A stretch of DNA of 47,639 nt from Catajapyx aquilonaris (taxonomy: Eukaryota): contig KZ538789.1 of assembly GCA_000934665.2 (NCBI GenBank), positions 1 to 47,639 of the forward strand, read 5' to 3'. Position numbers and translations under genes: made by a program. The notes under the pieces are model-generated. The model was not told where the DNA came from. It saw only the letters and a program-made list of their open reading frames with translations, and made no database searches. This document shows, in pieces, positions 38,667-47,639 of the stretch (positions are counted from its first letter, which is position 1; each line of letters opens with the position of its first letter).

Positions 38667-41600
38667 GGCTCCTCCTCGTCTCTTTCTTTCGCTCGTGTCC
38701 AACAGCACTCGCGGTATGCACACACAGCGTCCGGTACCGATGCCCGTACACTGCAGCGGTGCACGTCCGGCCTCTGGCTGTACCCACCGCCCTCTGGCGA
38801 AGAAGAAGAGGCCGCCTGGCTGGTCACCATGACGTCACCCCCCACCCCCAACCTCTCTGCCCCACCATCCAACCAACCTCCCCCTTCCACACCCCACCAA
38901 AACTTCCCATCCCAATACCCACCTGGGATCCTCCACCGCACCTGGACCAATCTGCTCACACTGTGAAGGGAAGTGGCCCAAAGAGGAGAGAGAGAGAGAG
39001 AATGAAAAAAAAAATGGCGTGAACGCCCCTTCCTGGTTAGCGCTCGTCTCCTTGATTTTGGGGGGAAAGGTCACCTTTGACCTGCCCGGCAGGTCAATCA
39101 GGTAACACGAGAGAACTGGACAGCGGTCACTGATTAGCCAGCAGAAAATGCCAGCCCTTTCCAAATTACAGGATGTTTGCACAAGTACCACGGGATATTT
39201 ACCAATTGAATTGCGCGCTATATATCAAAGATGCCAATAGGAAAATTTAAACCCGGCAAGAACCGGCAGTAGGTCATTACAGGCTGTGGGACAAGTACTG
39301 CGACACCCGGTGTGCAAGCGACACGTTCCGGAACCTCCATTGTGTTGTCACATTTGATTCAGCCGCGTGTCACTCGCGGTCTGAGGTCCGTCCCACACGC
39401 GTCGACAATACTTATTACGCAATTTCTATGCTCAATGCCAAAGTCATTGAAACCCGCGGGTTGTGACCCTTTCCCGCCTGACCAGTACGTATACGGAAAA
39501 TCCAAGTGCGCCCTTGAGCTCAAGTAGCTCAAATCCAGGTCCACACAAGCACAAGACCTCGTTACAACGCAATTCGTCATGCGCATGTGAATATGTAATG
39601 TCAGGGATTATTGTGTGGAGAACTAGCAGAGAGGGGGTGGGGGGGTGTTGTGTGAATGTTTGTGATGGCAGCTGCTCACCCCCATGGTTTTCATATACCT
39701 TCCCCTCCTCTCTCTTCAAACCATCCCATCCATCCCCAGTCTGGAGAGGGTTGTTGGGTAGAAGCCTTTTGAGGGAGAAGAGGGGGGGCCAGATTTCAAG
39801 CTATGAATATCTCCCACTAAAAGGGTAACTATCACATTTTTTTTTCTATCTCTCTCTCTCCCTTGCCTGTCCTCCCTCACCAGAGATGGCCATTTGTTGG
39901 TCTGGGGGATGGCCTAACCGCAAGGGGTGTGGCGGCGCCTCTTGAATTATTTCTGGGACACTTCCGGACCAAAACGGGTCTGATTAGGTGAGAACCACCA
40001 CTTCAAGATTAGGGGCACCGCGGTTGGCATCTTGTCTAATAATAAAACATTTCCGCAAACATATCTGTGGCTTGAAATGCAGTTGACTCTTTAGTTAGAG
40101 TTTGGTGTTTGAAGATTTAAAATAATATGATAGTCCGAGTAATTTCTCTATGAGTATGTTATAGACTCCATAGCTGCATGCAATAAACATATTCTTAAAG
40201 CATTTCGAGTGGGTCTAGTCAAAATAATAGCAAGTTACCGCTAGATTTTTTTTAAAGTTCAGCAATTGATATAATATGCCAATATGCTACAGTGTCACTC
40301 GAATTGTTCTTAGCTCGGAAATTAATTGCATTTCAGGGCTATAACTACCTAACGTCCTAAACTACTACAGTACTACTAGTAGAAGCTAATAACTTTCAAT
40401 GTCCATTGAAAGTAATTGTTCAAAATTAACTGTTTTAAGTAAGCACTGTATAGGTGTATCCAATAGGGCTGAGTGAATTTCTGGGCCACCCTGTAGGCTA
40501 CTGTACCTGACAATGTGCATGGCGCAAATGTTAGGAGGCTACATCAGCCGTTGCGCATAAAAATCATCCCTCATGTTACATTCATTTCGGCAGCATTACA
40601 ATTGCAAAGTGTTGCTTTACATTTTCGCAGTGCTGGTGAATACTGTGCATTACCTTCTTAACCCTAGGCTGCTTGCACTTTAAATTATTTCGTGCGGGAC
40701 AATGATGGCTTCTTGGGTCCGGTTCCATGATTCATACGGCAAATTCGAGGAGACATGTTCATCGTTTTCTATCAATTATACAGTCTGTAACAGCTTCAAG
40801 TCTTATCATTTCGCCGACGACTAGTTACATTTTTTTGTTAATTTTCTAAAGTCAAGTTTTAAAGGTTAAAACAATTGAAAAATTTGCCCTGGGCTGATCT
40901 AGTCTGCCCACAACAAGGGCTTGCTTCTGTAGGTGACCACAGAATGTGCCAAAATGTGCCTCCATGTGCGTCGAACCATCCCGATTCGCAGTCAATAGCA
41001 ACATGAAGAGCCATAAAAATTCGTGTGTAAATTCCTGTAGGGGCGGGGTGCAACAACGTCCCCTCCTCAATGCCATCAGAGTGTCGTGGTTAACACCCAC
41101 AGTGGCTTCCATGCAACAATAACTCTGAACGGTGCAACGTTTGCTTTTGTCCGGACTCTTGTCCTCGTGCCCAGCAAGGTGTGAATCTAAACCTGGATCT
41201 AAACAGGTTCGAAACAGTTGGAGAGAAAAAAAAAGGTCGGACCGTGGCGACAATAAAATGTGGCTGTAAAGAACCGAACATTCACAAATCACGTGAGCAA
41301 TGGCTCATGTAACCAGCGAACGTTACGATTAATTTTTGAAACTGAACCAACCTTGTATTTCCAAGATTGATTGCCTGGGATCGCGTGCAGTCACGGTTAA
41401 GTGAAACTCTGCGTCCATTTCTCTAAATATTAATGACAAATTCATTTCATCAGGTTGAATGATCCACCGAGCCACGCGTAGTTAAACAAACGGTTCATTA
41501 ACGTACCGATAATAATACGTGTGACGAATTGTCAATTAACCGCTATTAATAACAGTTACAGCTTAGGGAAGTTACGTCACCGACAGTTAATTGTCCAAAC

Positions 41601-41875
41601 TTTCAATCTGATCATATTATCCTTAACATTATTATGCTTATCCACAAATAATGAGAAAATTATGTTAGCACTTTCTCTCGAATTTCCTAACCCTCCCTAA
41701 TATGTGCGTGGTCTGACATCCCCTGCTGTCGCCCCCATTTGACAAATCATGGCTCCGCTCTCGTCCAATTGAACCTCCAAAACGACCCCTCTTATGGGAC
41801 CAAAGTTACCCCCAAAAACGCATCCACGACTTATGCCACCAATAACTCGTCCTCCCTTCAACAAAATTGATTCTT

Positions 41876-42138
41876 NNNNNNNNNNNNNNNNNNNNNNNNN
41901 NNNNNNNNNNNNNNNNNNNNNNNNNNNNNNNNNNNNNNNNNNNNNNNNNNNNNNNNNNNNNNNNNNNNNNNNNNNNNNNNNNNNNNNNNNNNNNNNNNNN
42001 NNNNNNNNNNNNNNNNNNNNNNNNNNNNNNNNNNNNNNNNNNNNNNNNNNNNNNNNNNNNNNNNNNNNNNNNNNNNNNNNNNNNNNNNNNNNNNNNNNNN
42101 NNNNNNNNNNNNNNNNNNNNNNNNNNNNNNNNNNNNNN
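41876..42138. other. Assembly gap
   Basis: Run of N followed by poly-C. Confidence 1.
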
Positions 42139-42168
42139 CCCCCCCCCCCCCCCCCCCACTGAGAGTTT

Positions 42169-42433
42169 GTACGATATGCCGCTACTAGATGGCGCGCACA
42201 GCTCTGCACACTACTGCCACTCTACGGGGAAAATTAGTACTACATGCACGTTGGTGATGAGTCGTCGCGCGGACAAAGCTCACTAGGACGTGTCTTGCCT
42301 CTAAGTGTGTCCTAACCTCTCTGACCCCTATTGGAGAGTGAACCTACTGTCCTCTCATTGCTGAACGGGGGAAGTGATAACTATATGGTAACTACACGCA
42401 CCTATGCGCGTATGTGGATGGAGTCACGCATTG
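42169..42433 (+). repeat. Interspersed repeat, copy B (related to 787-989)
   Basis: Same collinear blocks, with insertions relative to copy A. Confidence 0.8.
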
Positions 42434-44013
42434 CGAATTCTGCATATGACTATTCAAACTTCTATCTAGGATTTACCCAGAGAGTCACTTTACAGGGTAC
42501 TTGAGGGGGTCTTCCGGGCCACCCTGTGGATTCCCGGGTGAGTGGGAAAGGTCTGATGGGGGAAGCTCCCACATACGGAGGTCAGAGTATCAAAGCAGAG
42601 GTCACCATGAAAAAAAGGAGGGGCCAACAGCAGCCCAACAGGGGCCACTTGGTAAGCAGACTCCTGGGGTTCGTCACTTTGCGTTGTAGATGACAAGTAG
42701 CTGTCGCCACCGGGCATCTTAACAGCAGAGCGCAACCGGAACGTGCCGGACCAATCCGGCCACAATAATTTTGACAACGCCGCACATTCTTAGCAGGCAG
42801 CTGTTCCTAGTTGTAACCCAAACATGAACTTTTACAGCCAATTTTAAAAAGTGCTCATAAACGCAGGCGTCTGTTTGCTATGAATGTGTCTGGGCTGCTC
42901 ATTGAAGACCCGGCGGGGGCGGTTGACACCGTAGGATGATGACTACACCTTTTTCCTGGGGGGTAAAATGCTCATCGATTCAGGGGGCGGGGGCGGGGGT
43001 TGGGGACGGGTGTCGAATTGGCCCCTCCCATAGATTATTGCTCCTTCGCGTGCTGATTAATGGACGCGACGAAGGGGACGAGTCCAACTTCCTCATCTCC
43101 ATTAACGCCCCCAACATACACTAAGGAGAAGGGGGTTGCTGGAGGGGGGGAGATATTGACTTTTCTTTTTCAGCCCCCCCTTAAATGGCTCTCTGATAGC
43201 CCCCTGTTGTAATTGCCTGGACCTTAATGCATCTGTCAGAAACTGAAGCGGGGAGAGATCCCTCCTTACAAACGGATCAAGTGTGAGGGGACACGCAGCA
43301 TCGTGCGTGATGACAGTACACTAACAATCACAGTGTGTACCATAAATATTTAGCCAAACTTTATATGGCGAACTCATGGGTTACTTGTGTGAGCGGGGTG
43401 TAAAATATCCTGGCGGGTATGCACCCCTCCTTGCAGCTTCCCTTTTCCATTTACTGTGCTACCTTGCATAAAATTGTGGCATCATTAGGTGCAGAAGGAT
43501 AATTTTGAAACACCCTGCTCCAATCCAAAAAGCCAAAGTCCCTCAAACATTTCATGAGTCACCCTTGATGGCGTTTGGAGGAGGAAGAGAGCATATTTAC
43601 ATTGCATCACACGGGAGGATGCTCTTGGGTGGATCCTGCAAGATCTAATGTTACAAATTGGGTTACATAAGTGCTGGTGCCTCCGGTTATGCAGTGTTGT
43701 GATTTACCTCATCCTGTCACCAGCCATATGTGGTGGCATATCGCCAAGCCACAGTCCCATCCCATACCTGCTGCAATGTATTTGTATTATCAACAAATGC
43801 ATGCAGTAGGCTATATACATGTCATATTTCACAAAGCATCTGCAGCCTTCGGTTAAGGTCAATACATGAATCAAGTTCAGACATTTCCATTACAACAGCT
43901 GTCATGACGGATTGCACTGGAGCAAGCTGCATCACGAGATATATTTCATTGCTCATGGAAATAATTTTCCATGCTACTCTAATGAGATGTCAATGTGAGC
44001 AAAGAACGGATAT

Positions 44014-44571
44014 CTAGGTTCCAAAAAACCCTCAAATAGGTAGGCATTTAGGTCCTGAAAACAGTTTAAATATGCTCTTAAATAGGCACTAAAAATCAAG
44101 CAGGTCCTAATTTATTTCCAGTCGCATGCAACAGTCTACTCTTGGCCGTGTAATTTGGCAACACAGTAACAAATTAGCAGTGATTCCATATTTTAGTTTT
44201 TACTATTATTATTTGTCGGAGATGCCTGTGTGATACTGATACAGTGATAGTACAACTTTATACACTGAAAATGACCTTTCGACCCTGCTTTCGACGTCAC
44301 ACAAAGCAACTGGATCATTCTTGAAAAGTTAAATGTCTTGTGCAGCCAGTTCATCCGGCATGTCTATAGGCTACAGCTCCTTCGCTATTCACAAGTTGAA
44401 GCGGGAGGGATGACTTGAACGGAAAACACGTAAAAAATGCCGAAAATATTACGAAAAGGGGTTTAAAAAAGGCGTAAATAGGTGAAAGTAGGCGCTAACA
44501 TGCCATTTAGGCCCCAACGTCCGAAATAGGCAATTTTAGGTTTTATAAAACTACGATTTTTAAGGTCCTGG
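44014..44571. repeat. Possible decayed DNA element with clustered (A)TAGG(C) motifs near both ends
   Basis: Weak end similarity (ctaggttccaaaaaa versus the reverse complement ccaggaccttaaaaa) and TAGG clusters at 44035-44090 and 44478-44540. Confidence 0.3.
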
Positions 44572-45607
44572 TGTTATGAAATGGACACATATTTTCGTTC
44601 TGGTGTTCTGCCTACAAAATAAAAAGTAGGTAAAAACCTAGCAATCCGTTCTTTGGTCATGAGACATGAGATAATAAGTTGTTCATGAAAGCTATACTTC
44701 CCGACATGTAATACACCAAAAAAAACGTGACCTTGGTGCTCTGCAACCATTAGCACATTAGTTTGGGATTTTACAGCACCACGGTATATTTGGCAGTAAG
44801 ATACACAAGTTTCCGTTATATCCACATGTCCATTACAGGCTGGTTTCACTGCATTAGTACCGGTACTGCTGATAATGAGATGATAATGAGATGACCACAA
44901 CTGTCAACTAATATTAGTGTATTCTGAAAGTTATATTCCATTTATTCCTGATGCGCCTGGAGACTTTTGGGCAGTGGTTGTGTAGTGATTTTTACTGAAG
45001 AATGACACTGTGTTGGTAGGTGTAACTGATTACAGTGGGCTATGGGACCTTTCGCCATTCCCCAAATGGCCTGCAGCCGAAAAAAAGGTTCAGAGACACT
45101 GCCTTAGCAATTAGCCTGGATCAGTGGATCGGTACAGCTATTAGCAGCCCTCTGCACAAGCTGTAGTATTTAATTCGTTACATGCTACATCATTGAACAC
45201 TACAATGAAACCTGTCAAGTTGGCCACCTCCGTACATGTTGGACATTTTCCTTGGAACCGTCAGTGTCCAACATGGACAGGTTGCACTGTATTATCCAAA
45301 TATTGAACCACAATTTCATGATTACTTCGGTAGTTGCACCTTCTCTGCTGTATCCCATCATCAACAAATGTTTCATTATTAATGGGGCCTGGAACAGCAA
45401 GGTGAATAATGGGTTTAATTGCAATCGTTCTCCATCTGGGACCAAGTGATGTCGATTCCCAAGTTTATATATTTTGTTTGTTCCAATATACCTCACAGTT
45501 ACCTCCACTGCAGGCAAGTTGATAGGTAATCTGCCAGCCATAATTTTCCTTGGTATTCTCAGTTCAGTTTCATGTGAAATCAATTAGCAGTGCCGTGTCT
45601 TCAAATA

Positions 45608-46142
45608 TGAGGGCGAATCAAAAAGAAATTCACAAATTTTAAATTACAGATACTGAAACTGACATGTATACATATGAAAGGGCAAGTCTTGATTTAATTT
45701 TCGGCGTAGTCATCATACACTTTGGTGCACTTGTCCCAGTGGGACACTAATTTTCCCATGCCACTGCAGAAAAAAGCATCAGGGTGGCTGGGAAGCCAGT
45801 GTCGGGCGGCCTCTTTCACTTCCTCAATGTCGCTGAGGTTTTGACATGCCAGTGCTTCTTTTTTCGTTTGACGAGATGGTAGACTACGGCCTTCTTTTAG
45901 GACCAATGAAGTTTCACCTGGCCGGTCAGCACTTCAGCGACTATGAGGAAGTGACAAAGGGAGTCCACGACTGGCTTCCCAGCTATCCTGATGCATTTTT
46001 TCTGCAGTGGCATGGATGGTGACTATGCCAAAAATTAGATCAAGATCTGTCCTTTCATATGTATCATACATGACAGTTTCAGTATCTGTTAATGAAGATT
46101 TGGAATTTAAATAGTTGTGAATTACTTTTTGATTGACCCTTG
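45608..46142. mobile_element. Mariner-derived foldback non-autonomous element made of two inverted transposase 3' ends
   Basis: Ends TA|tgagggcgaatcaaaaagaaattcacaa ... ttgtgaattactttttgattgacccttg|TA. The minus strand encodes EEVKEAARHWL..FFCSGMGKLVSHWDKC..DYAEN and the plus strand LAGQHFSDYEEVTKGVHDWLPSYPDAFF, both resembling a mariner transposase C-terminus. Confidence 0.9.
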
Positions 46143-47639
46143 TATTTCAAGTTAAATTTTTTAAAGGTGTGTGCATATGATTCATGCAGGGAACAGGGGT
46201 TGACTGGACAGCTTACCTTTGATATTTTAATATCCCACCCTGTACTTGACTTTTTTCCTTCATCAATGTGTTGTGGTCTCATTATTTAATTGTCCATTGT
46301 TATCCCACTGCTGGAAGCCTTCTTTTAAACAGGTGTATATTGTAGTACCATGAATCGTCAAACTTGTTAAACCAATGAAATGTTTTCTCTGAAAAGATTG
46401 ATTACAAAGAACATATCAGATACAAATAATAGTCAGCAAAAAAATCAAAAAAAAGCACTGGCAGCTAGTGGTCAAATGGCCCAAGTGAGAAGCATATCCT
46501 TAGTAGCCATCCGTGGGGCTAGACCAACCTAAGCAAATGCCACAAATATATTTAGGCATGTGGCCACAAGCCCCCAATGCAACATAAGTTCAGCAACATA
46601 AAAGCCGTCACAGGATGTATTTTCAAAACGCTCTCGCATAAAATGGTCAGGAGCCCTAAAATGTCATGTTGCACAAACAGGCTGAAAGAGAGGCACATCA
46701 TTGTCGCAACTTGCAGAATGATGCAAACATATTTGTTGCTCTAAGCTGAGACTTTATTATTATTCTACTAATAGTTAGTATATACAAACTATAATTTTCT
46801 ACAAAATGGCAGACGATTTCCCTTACATACCACTTAGGAAGTACACACAAGCTGTTTACTGGACAAAACAGAAAAAAGCCACCTTTTTGAGGTCCCCCGA
46901 GTCGTTCCCCCAAATGGAACTCTCAGGAACTTTTTCTTCTCCTCCTTCCTGTCTCCCCAATTTCTGAGATGCCTAGCTTCCCTACCTGCGCTATAGCTCC
47001 ACCTAAACAGCTATGTACCGGTTGAGGTAACGATTTCACGAGCGCGTGATGCATATGTGTGCACGTGTTGTGTATCTTTGCATATGTGAAAATGCGCGCA
47101 CTTTTTCTGTGTGTACATGTGCATGTAATGTGTGCACAAGACTCTTTCTCTCCCTTTTTTTAAACTCTCATTCTCTCACTACAGGAAGCGCAGTGCACTG
47201 ACTAGCATTTTGGATGACCGGGATGGCAGTGCGGCTGCCTGCTGCTAATAAATGTAATAATATTTCAGGAGGGGTAAACCTAAGAGGAAAAAAAATACAC
47301 AACAAGTTTTCACTTATTTTTTTAAAAGAAAAGGAAAGGTATACCCTTTTACATTGCAGACTTGTTTCTGATATCTTTAAAACTGTCGACAGAGTCGTTC
47401 ATGCTTCCACACCGGACGACGGAGTTGACACTTATATGGTATGGTTAAAACCCAATGGACAGGTGCGAGCCAGCCCCCACCCCCTCCCAAAAACATTACA
47501 AACCACTCTCCCCAATACCCCTAAAATTGTCCCCCTCCCCTGGCAAAGGGCATGACGCAGCCGCCCCCCTCGGTGAGTGTGCTGAGTGAACCCTCTACCC
47601 CCTCCCCCCCTGTGACCCCACCCACCCACCCCCAAAAAT

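Noticed and set aside
40466..40495. Tc1-like single end (reverse complement TACAGGGTGGCCCAGAAATT); similar lone ends near 43500-43517 and 45080-45100
   Set aside because: No matching second TIR identified; at most small TE remnants.
41697..42286. ORFs spanning the N gap
   Set aside because: Artefacts of unknown bases.
42490..42777. GC-rich minus-strand ORF as a possible further upstream tensin exon
   Set aside because: Only weak donors and no recognisable homology; not supportable without transcript data.
1..47639. CRISPR arrays, rRNA, tRNA, operon-like or viral genes
   Set aside because: No regularly spaced repeats, cloverleafs or long intronless ORFs seen; the organisation is that of a single spliced animal gene.

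Overview
Eukaryotic genomic DNA, most likely from a non-dipteran arthropod (intron-rich, with microsatellites, MITEs and two N gaps). The window is dominated by one minus-strand multi-exon gene, a full-length-type tensin. I assembled 13 phase-consistent coding exons by hand (38666 down to 1022, 2631 nt, about 877 codons; the first exon is only a candidate). They encode a C1 zinc finger, a PTEN-like phosphatase domain, a C2 domain and a disordered polyQ-rich middle region with arthropod tensin motifs. The expected C-terminal SH2/PTB exons should lie beyond the left edge. Most ORFs in the supplied track are spurious antisense or intronic frames. Notable points: (1) the phosphatase P-loop reads HSRNGRER (Cys to Ser), like a natural substrate-trap pseudophosphatase; (2) that loop is split by a GC-AG intron; (3) several candidate alternative first exons could give C1+, C1-minus and headless isoforms; (4) the exon for the last C1 cysteine could not be found; (5) a mariner foldback element is built from two 3' ends; (6) a small Helitron-like element carries duplicated CCAAT and GCGCATGCGC boxes. 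I found no convincing wholly new multi-gene system. The findings are hypotheses from manual reading only.
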